Positions 9,855-19,741 of a stretch of 64,000 nt of DNA are shown here, one piece after another (the first letter of the stretch is position 1; each line of letters begins with the position of its first letter). This DNA comes from Bacteriovoracaceae bacterium (lineage in GTDB: Bacteria; Bdellovibrionota; Bacteriovoracia; Bacteriovoracales; Bacteriovoracaceae). The DNA lies in the NCBI GenBank assembly GCA_025210745.1, contig JAOARC010000037.1:447440-511439 (forward strand), read 5' to 3'. Made by a program: the position numbers and the translations under genes. The notes under the pieces are model-generated. The model saw only the letters and a program-made list of their open reading frames with translations, did no database searches and was not told the DNA's origin.

Positions 9855-11294
9855 ATGTTTGAAGTAGCTCAAAATGAAGAACAAGTTTTAGGTGCAAAGA
9901 TAAAGGTTATCGGTGTTGGAGGCGGTGGATGTAATGCCGTCAATACAATGATTAGATCTGGTTTATCAGGTGTAGACTTTATTGTTGCTAATACAGATTC
10001 ACAAGCCCTAGCAGCTAACTTAGCTCCTACTAAGATTCAACTAGGCAATGATTTAACTAAAGGTCTAGGTGCCGGTGCAAATCCAGAGGTGGGAAGAAAA
10101 GCAGCATTAGATGATTATGAAAAGTTAAGTGATGTTATAAGTGGTTCTGATATGGTTTTTGTTACTGCTGGAATGGGTGGTGGAACAGGAACAGGAGCAG
10201 CTCCTGTTATTGCAAAACTAGCTAAAGAGTTAGGAGCATTAACAGTTGGTGTTGTAACAAAGCCTTTTATGTTTGAAGGTCGAAAAAGAATGAAACAAGC
10301 TAACTTAGGTGTAGAATCTTTGGAAGATAGTGTTGATTCATTAATTACAATTCCGAATCAAAGATTACTTCAACTAGCTGGTGAGAGCTTATCTTTAATT
10401 GATACATTTAAAAAAGCAGATGAAGTTTTACTACATGCTGTTCAGGGTATTTCAGACTTAATTAATAATACTGGCTTTATCAATGCTGACTTTGCTGATG
10501 TTAGCACTGTAATGGCAAACAAAGGTCTTGCTCTTATGGGAACAGGTATTGCTACTGGTGAAAATAGAGCTGTTAAAGCGGCTAATGAAGCTATTAGCTC
10601 TCCATTATTAGAAGATATTACAATTGATGGTGCGACTGGAATTATCGTTAATATTACAGGTAATAGTACTTTATCTATGCATGAAGCAAATGAGGCTATG
10701 ACATTAATTATGGAAGCTGCTGATGAAGAAGCTGAAATTATTTTTGGAACAGTGATTGATGATAATCTAGGTGAAGATATTAAAGTTACTGTGATAGCAA
10801 CAGGACTTGGCGGAGCAACTGAGTTTGTGAAAACATCTCAGGTTGTAAAAGCAGTAGCAAGTACTAATGTTCAGCCAGAAACAATTATTGCGCAAAATAC
10901 AATTTCTGAAGAGGCATCTGTTTCGATATCACAAGATACTTCAACTTTAGAAAACTTTCTAGAGGACAATTCTGTAAATGAAGTGACTGAAAACCAAGTG
11001 CGTATGGAACAAGAGTCTGTAGAAAGTCTATCTCACGAGGTAGCTTCGAGGGGCAATCTTGCAAAAAATATTCAAGATGCTGCTGCTCAATATGAAAGTA
11101 TGAAAGCTGATGTTGAGCAACCTTCTGAATCAAAACTTGTAGAGCCATCTTACTTAAATGAAGAAGCTAGCAAAGTTTCTAAGGCAAAAACAATTGCTGA
11201 AAAATTAGGTTTTATGAACTTTGACGATGATGAATTTGATACACCTTCATTTTTAAGAAAAGAATCTTCTGAAAATAGACCATCTGTAAATTAA
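9855..11294 (+). CDS. ftsZ: cell-division GTPase FtsZ with long acidic C-terminal linker
   Basis: [10 protein letters not shown], tubulin signature [14 protein letters not shown]-terminal DTPSFLRK peptide. AAGGAGA precedes ATG 9855; the track start 9822 lies inside ftsA. Confidence 0.95.
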   Translation: MFEVAQNEEQVLGAKIKVIGVGGGGCNAVNTMIRSGLSGVDFIVANTDSQALAANLAPTKIQLGNDLTKGLGAGANPEVGRKAALDDYEKLSDVISGSDMVFVTAGMGGGTGTGAAPVIAKLAKELGALTVGVVTKPFMFEGRKRMKQANLGVESLEDSVDSLITIPNQRLLQLAGESLSLIDTFKKADEVLLHAVQGISDLINNTGFINADFADVSTVMANKGLALMGTGIATGENRAVKAANEAISSPLLEDITIDGATGIIVNITGNSTLSMHEANEAMTLIMEAADEEAEIIFGTVIDDNLGEDIKVTVIATGLGGATEFVKTSQVVKAVASTNVQPETIIAQNTISEEASVSISQDTSTLENFLEDNSVNEVTENQVRMEQESVESLSHEVASRGNLAKNIQDAAAQYESMKADVEQPSESKLVEPSYLNEEASKVSKAKTIAEKLGFMNFDDDEFDTPSFLRKESSENRPSVN

Positions 11295-11319
11295 AAAAAG
11301 GGCCCTTGGGCCCTTTTTT
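11293..11319. terminator. bidirectional intrinsic terminator between convergent ftsZ and the RCC1 gene
   Basis: AAAAAAA-GGGCCC-TT-GGGCCC-TTTTTT: GC palindrome flanked by an A-run on one side and a T-run on the other. Confidence 0.7.
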
Positions 11320-13894
11320 ATTTAACATAAATTGAAATAAAACTACTTTCTCCTTTTTGTCCATCATTATTAATTCCAGTAACTTCAATGGTATATACGC
11401 CTACTGAATCAAAATTAAAGATTGTATCTGCATTTGTTTGATTTTGTATGACACCATTTATTTTCCATTCAAAAGAGTTAATTGATTGTCCATAATCTTG
11501 AGTGATACTAGCATTAAAGTTAACATCTGAATTAATATCAACAATAGAGTTATTGGTTGTTATTTGAATTTGAGAGGCAATAGTTTGATCTGTAACACTA
11601 ATAGCACTTTTAGATTCAATCTCAAAGCCATTCTGATCTATAGCCTTAACTGAAACAATATAAGTACCTTTTTGATTATAAATATAATTAAAAGCATTAT
11701 CATTTGTTCTAATTTGCGTATTACCGTCCCCAAAGTTCCAGTGGTATGTGAAGACTGAGCTTGTATTATCTACTACTAACTGTGTATTAAATTCTACAGT
11801 TAATGGAACTTCTCCTAATTGTGGTAGTGGAGTTACTTTTAACGATAGTGAGATACCAGTAAAAGTATCATCAACATTAACAGGACCAACGCTTAATGGA
11901 AGTTCATCATCTCCAATATTATTACTATTACCATATCCAAGTTTTCCAAGTGCTCCATTTCCAAAGCAGTAGACTTTAGAAGATATTGTTATTGCACAAG
12001 CATGATTTCCTGAGGCAGCTATAGATATAATTTTCTCACCTAATTCAATATAAGGTGAGTTTAAAGGTGTTTCGTTATCACCAATATTATTTGTAGAGCC
12101 AATTCCTAATTGTCCACTTGTATTACTTCCAAAACATTTTGCTTTATTTGAATCTGTAATAATACAAGTTATTCCTTTACTTACTTGAATATCTTTTACA
12201 GCCTCTCCTATTTGTATTGGTGTCTCTTGGAATAATGAATTTGCTGTATTTGCATAACCAAGCTGTCCAGAATCATTTTTCCCAAAGCAACTAATAGTTT
12301 TATCATTAAATAGTAAGCATGTATGATCTCCACCTGCTGCAACTTTAGTAACTATCTTTGTTGTTGGAAGATAAGGAGTATCTTCAATATTTGTAAGCAC
12401 ATCAGAATAACCTAGCCCTGTTTGACCAAAAGTACTTCTTCCAAAACACTTAACTTTACCTTGATTGTTTAATAGACACGAATGCGAAATACCAAGTGAA
12501 ACTTGAATAATATCGCTTCCATCACTTAATCCAATTGGAGCTATATTTGAAGCTAATTCATTGTCACCAATCGTATCTGAACTACCATTTCCAAGCCTAC
12601 CAAAAGATCCAAGCCCCCAACATAAAACTTTATTGTCATTTGTTATCCCGCAAGTGTGAAAACTTCCAGCGCTGATTGATTTGAAACCATGTGCAGTAGT
12701 AATAGAGGTTGCATTTATTAATGTTTCATCATCTCCAATTTTGTCTGTATTTCCAATTCCTAAAGTTCCAAAGAAATTAGCTCCCCAGCACTTTACAGAA
12801 TTATCTATAAGTAATGCACATGAATGGGAATCACCATCAACCACTTGAATTGCTGGCTTTCCAAGCTCTACATACCCAACATTATTTGGAGTTTCATTAT
12901 CACCAATTGTTGTTGTTGATCCATATCCTAAATATCCAAGAGCCCCATATCCCCAGCATTTAACCTTTCCACCTTCTAGTAGCTTACAAGTATGAACATT
13001 ACCAATGTCACTTCCAGTTTGGTCAACTCCATTATAAGAAACAGATTCATTTGAATCTTGCCTGTTATCAATAATAAGATTTGTTGTCGCTTGATTGTTT
13101 AGTGAATCTCTTGCAATAATTTGAATATTATTAAAGCTATTTGCTACTAATTTATCAGATAGATTGATTGAGATTTTATTTTCTATAAGAGTAAATGAAT
13201 TACTTGTATAGTTTATTCCATTTATAGAGATAACAGTATCATTAAATAATACATCCGATTCATCATAAAGATAAATATCTAGTAGAGTATTTTCTTTATT
13301 ATATTGAAAGTTAGCTAGTGGACCTACTGTATCTGTTAAGTTGTTATTAAAGATAATATACTTAGCTAGATATGATGTATTTCCAAATTCATCTTGTAAT
13401 TTTACACCAAGGCTAAAGCTTTGCGTTTGTGTAGATGTAATTGTTAGTGATTTATCGTTTGTATTATATAAGAAAGTACTTATAGGATTATTATTAATTA
13501 ACACTTCAATTGAGCTTGTATCAATAGCAGATTCATCATCAATATTAATAATGATATTATTATTAACTGCATCGATAGTATCATTTAATAAAACCAAATT
13601 GGGAGAAACAGTATCCGTGGGAAGTTGGTTACAGTATTTTTTAAAGAAATATTTTTTGTAGAATGGAACCTTTTTATTTTTACTTAATCTTTTTTCTATT
13701 CTTTTGCATATCTTATTAATTCTTTTTTCTTTTTTATCTTCTTCTAGTTTATTTATTTTATGAATTTTTCTTACAAACTTTATAAACCTAGATTTCTTTT
13801 GATAAAACTTGTTGTAGTTTTTTTTCTTTGAACTGTGTGCGAACCCAATATTTGTACAAAGATATACAAACATAAAGACAAAAAATATTCTCAT
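11318..13894 (-). CDS. secreted RCC1-repeat (7-blade propeller) protein with two Ig-like repeats and two C-terminal PKD domains
   Basis: Signal peptide MRIFFVFMFVYLCTNIGFA. Seven repeats of the type KVKCWGYGALGYLGYG / KVLCWGLGSFGRLGNG / KAKCFGSNTSGQLGIG. PKD signature YHWNFGDGNT. Confidence 0.75.
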   Translation of the reverse strand: MRIFFVFMFVYLCTNIGFAHSSKKKNYNKFYQKKSRFIKFVRKIHKINKLEEDKKEKRINKICKRIEKRLSKNKKVPFYKKYFFKKYCNQLPTDTVSPNLVLLNDTIDAVNNNIIINIDDESAIDTSSIEVLINNNPISTFLYNTNDKSLTITSTQTQSFSLGVKLQDEFGNTSYLAKYIIFNNNLTDTVGPLANFQYNKENTLLDIYLYDESDVLFNDTVISINGINYTSNSFTLIENKISINLSDKLVANSFNNIQIIARDSLNNQATTNLIIDNRQDSNESVSYNGVDQTGSDIGNVHTCKLLEGGKVKCWGYGALGYLGYGSTTTIGDNETPNNVGYVELGKPAIQVVDGDSHSCALLIDNSVKCWGANFFGTLGIGNTDKIGDDETLINATSITTAHGFKSISAGSFHTCGITNDNKVLCWGLGSFGRLGNGSSDTIGDNELASNIAPIGLSDGSDIIQVSLGISHSCLLNNQGKVKCFGRSTFGQTGLGYSDVLTNIEDTPYLPTTKIVTKVAAGGDHTCLLFNDKTISCFGKNDSGQLGYANTANSLFQETPIQIGEAVKDIQVSKGITCIITDSNKAKCFGSNTSGQLGIGSTNNIGDNETPLNSPYIELGEKIISIAASGNHACAITISSKVYCFGNGALGKLGYGNSNNIGDDELPLSVGPVNVDDTFTGISLSLKVTPLPQLGEVPLTVEFNTQLVVDNTSSVFTYHWNFGDGNTQIRTNDNAFNYIYNQKGTYIVSVKAIDQNGFEIESKSAISVTDQTIASQIQITTNNSIVDINSDVNFNASITQDYGQSINSFEWKINGVIQNQTNADTIFNFDSVGVYTIEVTGINNDGQKGESSFISIYVK

Positions 13895-14058
13895 TAAACG
13901 TGCTCCTTTTAATACATTTTGTTCTTAATTCTATATTAATTCCTTGTCGAATATAAATGGGGGGCTTTTGAAATATATATTGTTTATTTTATGCTGGTAA
14001 GTGACTTTAATTTATGTCAAAAAGAATTCTTAATAATATTATCTTAATATTTAAGATT

Positions 14059-14373
14059 TTATTTAATATTTGAGTTACTTGTTGAGTAAAGATTCATTAT
14101 AGTTATAAGTTGCTCATTAGAGTGCTCATACTCCATCATATAAAAGCAAATTTCTCCCGATTGATATCTTTTTATTTGATCTTCATGGGCATTAACGCTT
14201 GTATCAGGGTCTTGTGGATTTGTTCTAATTGATTTTATAAGAAATAATTCTTTAGAACTTACTATATTATAGTGCTTCTTACAAAAGGGATACTGTTTAA
14301 AGTTCTTAACTTGAAAAGAATAAAAGAGTTTGTGGCATACACAACAAGTATTATTCTTTTTAAAAAAGATCAT
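14059..14373 (-). CDS. hypothetical Cys/His-containing small protein (possible zinc ribbon)
   Basis: ATGA start/stop overlap with the upstream RNase J gene. CCVCHK...FCKKHY pairs. No family recognised. Confidence 0.4.
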   Translation of the reverse strand: MIFFKKNNTCCVCHKLFYSFQVKNFKQYPFCKKHYNIVSSKELFLIKSIRTNPQDPDTSVNAHEDQIKRYQSGEICFYMMEYEHSNEQLITIMNLYSTSNSNIK

Positions 14374-15980
14374 TTTGAATGTACCATTGCAATTGGTCTA
14401 TAGCCTAAGTGTTGTTTAAAAACTTGCCTTGTTTTAACTCTAACACCTTCAGCTCTATCTTGTGGCTTCGACTTTCTATGTTCTGAAAAAGCAACTCTTA
14501 AAAGAACTTCATAGATTTTATCTAGGTTTTCTTTAATACTATCAGGAAGGCCTTCATAAGATATCTTTAGGCTTTTATCTTTTTCATCAATTGATATAAA
14601 GACAACTCCTTGAGAAGCAATTTTTCTTCTTTTTGAGATGTTTTCTCTTTCAATAATAAGATCATCACCATGTATGAGTAGTGGCTCTTTAGGTTCGTTA
14701 TTTTGTATTTTAATTTCAAGATCTTTATTTATTAAAATTGAATCAAAGTTTCTCATAAAGATTGTATTAGATGAATACTCTTTATTGATAAACTCCTTAT
14801 GCTTTTTTAAAAAGTAAGTTTCACCATGTATTGGAATATAATGAGTTGGATTGATTTCATTCATTAAGATCTTTAAATCTTCTTGTCCTGGATGGCCAGA
14901 TGCATGTACTAAGTAATCTTTATCAGTGTAAATTGTCGTTCCAAAGCTTGTTATCTTATTATAAATCTTTGAAATCTTCTTTCCATTTCCAGGAATTGGC
15001 TTTGAAGAAAATATAATTTGGTCGTTCTCATTAAATTTAAATGACTTGTGTTCATTATTAGATAATCTATTTAGAGCACCCATAAAATCCCCCTGACAAC
15101 CTGTTAAAAGAACAACAAGATTATCTGAGTTGGGATTATTTATTGATTTTTCCGAGATAAAGTTAAAGTCTTCATAATTAAGTAACTTACATTCTTTAGC
15201 AGCTTCAAGGTAGTTATAAATAGATCTACCAACAGCGGTTATTTTTTTATTATGATTTTTAGCTATTTCAAAAATAGTTCTGAGTCTATGAATATTTGAT
15301 GAAAATAAAGTAATAAAGGTTCTTTGTTTTTTTGAAATTAAGTGGTCTAAATCATCTAAAAGATCTCTTTCGGAAGGAGTTTTGCCAGGATTTAGAATAT
15401 TTGTACTATCTAAAAAGCACAGTCTAAGATCGCTGGTGTTAAAAAGTTCTTTAATTTTTTTTATATCAAATGGCTTTTCATATAATGGATTTAAATCAAC
15501 TTTAAAATCAGAGATAAACAGGGCACTTATGCCCTTACCTTTTACGATTAATCCATATGTATGTGGTATGGAGTGAGTAACGTGTATAGGGTGTATTTTA
15601 AAACCATCAAAATTAATCTGATCATCAGCTTTATATATTTTAATAGGGCAGATAAGTTTTCTTTGTAATAACTTTTTTCTAATTAAGGCAGCAGCAAATT
15701 CAGGTGCATACACTTTAAAATTATCAAAGTAGTTAACGATATGGCTTACAGCACCGATATGATCTTCATGGCCATGTGTTATAAAAAGAGTTGTTTTCTT
15801 TTTTGGATTAAGGTCTGAGTAATCAACAATAAGATAGTTAAGTTCAAAAACTTCATCCATAGGAAACAAAATTCCATAATCAATGATGAGGTATTCTTTT
15901 TCAGTTTCAAACACAGTCATATTTGAACCAATCTCGTCAACTCCTCCCATTAGATGAATGGAAAGTATACTTTTAGACAT
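14370..15980 (-). CDS. rnj: ribonuclease J (metallo-beta-lactamase / beta-CASP family)
   Basis: THGHEDHIGAV motif, SDFK, HASGH and IPIHGE motifs. 536 aa, typical RNase J length. Confidence 0.8.
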   Translation of the reverse strand: MSKSILSIHLMGGVDEIGSNMTVFETEKEYLIIDYGILFPMDEVFELNYLIVDYSDLNPKKKTTLFITHGHEDHIGAVSHIVNYFDNFKVYAPEFAAALIRKKLLQRKLICPIKIYKADDQINFDGFKIHPIHVTHSIPHTYGLIVKGKGISALFISDFKVDLNPLYEKPFDIKKIKELFNTSDLRLCFLDSTNILNPGKTPSERDLLDDLDHLISKKQRTFITLFSSNIHRLRTIFEIAKNHNKKITAVGRSIYNYLEAAKECKLLNYEDFNFISEKSINNPNSDNLVVLLTGCQGDFMGALNRLSNNEHKSFKFNENDQIIFSSKPIPGNGKKISKIYNKITSFGTTIYTDKDYLVHASGHPGQEDLKILMNEINPTHYIPIHGETYFLKKHKEFINKEYSSNTIFMRNFDSILINKDLEIKIQNNEPKEPLLIHGDDLIIERENISKRRKIASQGVVFISIDEKDKSLKISYEGLPDSIKENLDKIYEVLLRVAFSEHRKSKPQDRAEGVRVKTRQVFKQHLGYRPIAMVHSK

Positions 15981-16594
15981 TATGATTCCTTTTCTAAAAG
16001 GTGTTGTAATCTTGAGCTTAGTATTTGTGCTGCAACATCTGTTTCTTCACCAACAATAAAGTCAGCAAACTGTCGTTGAGGATCTAGAAACTTCTGATAC
16101 ATTGGTCTTACAGTATCATAGTACTGAGCAATTACCGACTCTAGAGATCTTGCTCTTTCATTAACATCTCTGTGAAGTCTTCTAGTAAAACGTATATCTG
16201 AATCTACATGCAAAAAGCACTTTATATCTAACATCTTTCTAATTTCTTTATCAAAAAGGGTAAAGATACCTTCAAAAAGAATCATTTTAACTGGTTCAAT
16301 AACAGTTGTAAGTTCTAGTCTTGAGTTAGTTGTAAAGTCATAGTTAGGAGCTTGAACTGTCTTTCCTTCTTTTAAATCACTAATATGTTGTCTTAGAAGA
16401 TCCCAATCAAAGGCTCCAGGGTGATCAAAGTTTGGTTTTCCAGCAGTTGTATGAGTTTCTTTTGGCTGCTCATTCAAGTAGTATGAATCCATATGAAGTA
16501 CAGCTACTTGTGACTGATCAAGTTCTTTTAATACCTTGTTAGCGAAAGTTGTTTTGCCTGAACCACTTCCTCCTGCTATTCCAATAATATGCAC
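15980..16594 (-). CDS. udk: uridine kinase
   Basis: P-loop IIGIAGGSGSGKTT, PNFDHP, ILFEGI, RRLHRD. Confidence 0.85.
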   Translation of the reverse strand: MHIIGIAGGSGSGKTTFANKVLKELDQSQVAVLHMDSYYLNEQPKETHTTAGKPNFDHPGAFDWDLLRQHISDLKEGKTVQAPNYDFTTNSRLELTTVIEPVKMILFEGIFTLFDKEIRKMLDIKCFLHVDSDIRFTRRLHRDVNERARSLESVIAQYYDTVRPMYQKFLDPQRQFADFIVGEETDVAAQILSSRLQHLLEKES

Positions 16595-16721
16595 ATATAC
16601 TCCTAATGATTTTAACTATATAGAAGTATCATAAAATAATTAAGAACTAAAATATAAAGTAAATTTTATAGGAATTTAGCATACTTATACTCAATATGTT
16701 GGATCCATTATAATAAAGATT

Positions 16722-17669
16722 ATGTCGAAATATTACTATACAAACATTAGCTATGATGCTGACTTTGATCAGATTGATATAATTGAGGTAGAGGCTTTAA
16801 ATAATTATTCTTCAACAGGTGTGGTGGACTTTAGTTTAGATGAAGCTCAAGTAGATGATATTTTAGGTGAGCGTTCATATTCTGGAGCAGATATTCCTTT
16901 AGAGGTTATTGAGGAAGTTCGGCAAACAGTTCAGGCATCTAAGATTTCAAAAACATATTATTTTTCTTGTAAAGAAGACATTAATGGATTTAAAAGTTTT
17001 TTAGGGGATAACTATAATATAGATATTATTGTTAAGTCCGATGAAAATAAAGATTGGAATGAATCTTGGAAAAGTAGTTTCTCCCCTATTAAAGTTTTAG
17101 AAAAATTTGAGATAATACCTTCATGGGATGAAAACTACAAAAGTGATTGTCGATATACTATGAAGTTATATCCTGGGATGGGATTTGGTACTGGTAATCA
17201 TGAAACAACGTACCTTTGTATGGAACATACTCTTGAAATAAAAAAAGAAATTAGTTCTTGTTTAGATTTTGGTTGTGGATCGGGAATTCTTGGAATTGCT
17301 TTAAAGATCCTAAACCCAAAGGCCCATGTAGATCTTTATGATATTGATGAAGATGCAATCTTAAATTGTAAGCAAAATATTTCTTTAAATAATTTAGATG
17401 GTAAGTTTGGACTTTATTTACCTGAAGGCAGATCTCATATTGAGCGTAAATATGACTTAGTCTTTGCTAATATTTTAGAAAATGTTCTTATTTTAGAAAA
17501 AGATAATTTAATAAAATCTGTTAATAAGGGTGGATTATTAATTTTATCAGGTCTTTTAAAAGAGCAATTAGATGGAATTATAGAGCTATATACAAAAGAT
17601 GAGCAGTTAAAATTAGTATCAAGTAAGATTAAGGGTGATTGGTCTAGTATTTGTTTTGAGGCCCTATGA
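16722..17669 (+). CDS. prmA: ribosomal protein L11 methyltransferase PrmA
   Basis: GMGFGTGNHETT and SAM motif LDFGCGSGILGIA. Confidence 0.85.
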   Translation: MSKYYYTNISYDADFDQIDIIEVEALNNYSSTGVVDFSLDEAQVDDILGERSYSGADIPLEVIEEVRQTVQASKISKTYYFSCKEDINGFKSFLGDNYNIDIIVKSDENKDWNESWKSSFSPIKVLEKFEIIPSWDENYKSDCRYTMKLYPGMGFGTGNHETTYLCMEHTLEIKKEISSCLDFGCGSGILGIALKILNPKAHVDLYDIDEDAILNCKQNISLNNLDGKFGLYLPEGRSHIERKYDLVFANILENVLILEKDNLIKSVNKGGLLILSGLLKEQLDGIIELYTKDEQLKLVSSKIKGDWSSICFEAL

Positions 17670-18340
17670 GAGCTTTATATGTTAATAATATTAATCAATT
17701 AATCATTAGAGATAAGGATCAAATACATCATATAAAAAATGTTTTAAGAACTAAAATAGGTGAAGAGCTTCTACTTTTAGATGGTAAGGGAAGTAGTCAA
17801 AAGACAAAGGTCCATCAAATATCTAAAAAAGAGATTGAGTTATCCCCTACTGATAAGAGCATTTTTCATGAAAGGACACATCATCTAAAGGTTGCTATTG
17901 GGCAACTTAAAAAAGATGCAATGGAAATAGTTTTAAAACAAGCTGTTGAGCTTGGTATTGAAGAATTAGTTATCTTAGAAACGAAGTATTCTCAAAGATA
18001 TGAGTTAAACTTTTCTAGAATAGATAAATTTTTAAAGTTAGCATTAGAACAATCAAATGCACCTTATATACCCAAGATCAATGTGGAAAAGTTTGAAAAA
18101 TATATTAAAGAGGCAGATAACCTTGTATACATGAGCCTTCATAGTGAAAGTAAAAATGCTCTTAAGTCCCCTACTAATGCAACTTTAGTTGTTGGTCCCG
18201 AGGGTGGATTTAGTGAAGACGAGAATCTATTACTGTGTCAAAAAAATGATACTTCTATTATAAAATTACCTTCAAATATTTTAAGAGCACAAACCGCCAT
18301 GTCTTGTGGATGTGGTTATATACTGGGTTCTTTAAGTTGA
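17666..18340 (+). CDS. rsmE: 16S rRNA (uracil1498-N3)-methyltransferase RsmE
   Basis: Follows prmA with a 4-nt overlap. HHIKNVLR N-terminus, VVGPEGGFSEDE, LRAQTA: SPOUT/RsmE pattern. Confidence 0.75.
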   Translation: MRALYVNNINQLIIRDKDQIHHIKNVLRTKIGEELLLLDGKGSSQKTKVHQISKKEIELSPTDKSIFHERTHHLKVAIGQLKKDAMEIVLKQAVELGIEELVILETKYSQRYELNFSRIDKFLKLALEQSNAPYIPKINVEKFEKYIKEADNLVYMSLHSESKNALKSPTNATLVVGPEGGFSEDENLLLCQKNDTSIIKLPSNILRAQTAMSCGCGYILGSLS

Positions 18341-18371
18341 TGCATTGTGATTAATATGAGATTCTAAATAC

Positions 18372-19076
18372 ATGGAAAACTTTGATATTGATGATATTTT
18401 AAACCAAGATGAACTTTTTAAACCTATTACAAAGGGCCTTGGGTTTCATCATTCTTTAAAAGAAAAAAGTAAAGTGGTTACTAGCTTAAAAGAAAAGTCT
18501 GAAGACTTAAGGGCTGATCTTGCACTGAAAGCAAGAAGTATTGAGCTAGAAAAGATGAAAAAAACTCCTAAGTTAGATATCGAACAAAAGTTTGATATGG
18601 GAGAACTAAATCCATTTTATGAATCTAATGATGAAGTTAAATCAGAAGTTAAAATTGAAGAGTTTAAAGAAGAAACTTTAGAAGCAGATATTACTAGAAA
18701 GTTTTTATGTTCAATTGTAGATACATCTTTGTTTTCTATTATGTTAGCTGCTTGTATATTTGTAAGTAGCTTAATAATGGATATATCTTTTGAGCAATTA
18801 AAGTTTTTAACAACAGACCCATTTAATAACATTTTATTATTTACTTTAGTTGGTATGATCTATTCACTTTCTTTTTCATTTTTAGAAAGAGCTAATATTG
18901 ATACTGTTGGAAAGAATCTATTTAACTTATCTGTTGTTAGTACAAATGATAAATTATCTTTTAAGAACCTGATTGTTAGAAATGCGTTAGGGTACTTATC
19001 AGTCTTTACTTTAGGTTTAATATCATTATTAAAGATAAACTCTAAACTTTCTATGACAAAGCTAGTACACAAATGA
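18372..19076 (+). CDS. RDD-family-like membrane protein with charged N-terminal region
   Basis: C-terminal half [13 protein letters not shown]...[32 protein letters not shown] fits the RDD pattern by eye. 3-4 TM segments. Confidence 0.5.
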   Translation: MENFDIDDILNQDELFKPITKGLGFHHSLKEKSKVVTSLKEKSEDLRADLALKARSIELEKMKKTPKLDIEQKFDMGELNPFYESNDEVKSEVKIEEFKEETLEADITRKFLCSIVDTSLFSIMLAACIFVSSLIMDISFEQLKFLTTDPFNNILLFTLVGMIYSLSFSFLERANIDTVGKNLFNLSVVSTNDKLSFKNLIVRNALGYLSVFTLGLISLLKINSKLSMTKLVHK

Positions 19077-19531
19077 GCTTTTCTGAAAATTTAAAAAATT
19101 TTATTAAAGAAAATAAAGATAAGACCATTGTTTTTACTAATGGATGTTTTGATATTTTGCATAGGGGACATGTAGCTTATCTAAATGAGGCTAAATCACT
19201 TGGACAGGCTTTAGTTGTAGGATTAAATAGTGATGCAAGTGTTAAGCGTTTAAAAGGTGAAACTAGACCTATTAATAGTGAACTTGATAGAAAGTTTGTT
19301 TTAGAAAATTTATCTAGTGTAGATTTTGTAGAAATTTTTGAAGATGATACACCGTTATCATTAATTAAAGAGGTTACTCCAAATATCCTTGTTAAAGGAG
19401 GGGATTGGGAGATTGATCAAATTGTTGGCGCAGATTTTGTATTAGAAAATAATGGCCAAGTCTTCTCATTAAACTTTGTAGATGGTTATTCTACAACAAA
19501 TATTATTGAAAAATCTAAATTACATTCTTAA
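19073..19531 (+). CDS. D-glycero-beta-D-manno-heptose-1-phosphate adenylyltransferase-like (RfaE domain II / HldC-type cytidylyltransferase fold), stand-alone
   Basis: [17 protein letters not shown] nucleotidyltransferase motif, [12 protein letters not shown]. 152 aa, no kinase domain. Confidence 0.8.
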   Translation: MSFSENLKNFIKENKDKTIVFTNGCFDILHRGHVAYLNEAKSLGQALVVGLNSDASVKRLKGETRPINSELDRKFVLENLSSVDFVEIFEDDTPLSLIKEVTPNILVKGGDWEIDQIVGADFVLENNGQVFSLNFVDGYSTTNIIEKSKLHS

Positions 19532-19653
19532 AATTCGCCAATAAATTGTGTTTATTTAACTTAATTTTACTTCAGTTAATTTAAAAAAAGCATATTTATA
19601 AAAGCATAAGCTACTGAAATCACTTTAAAAACAAAAAAAGTCAAGTTTTCTAT

Positions 19654-19681
19654 TAAAGATAAAACCGACTACTCCGATATG
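19654..19681 (+). promoter_or_regulatory. sigma-28 (FliA)-type promoter of fliC
   Basis: TAAA(19654-57)-N16-CCGATAT(19674-80), exact consensus spacing to TAAA-N16-CCGATAA. About 60 nt upstream of the fliC ATG. Confidence 0.6.
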
Positions 19682-19741
19682 ATATATAACTGATCTAACC
19701 CGTCAGTTGATTGTTGTACGTTTTTTAATAAGGAGAAAAAA

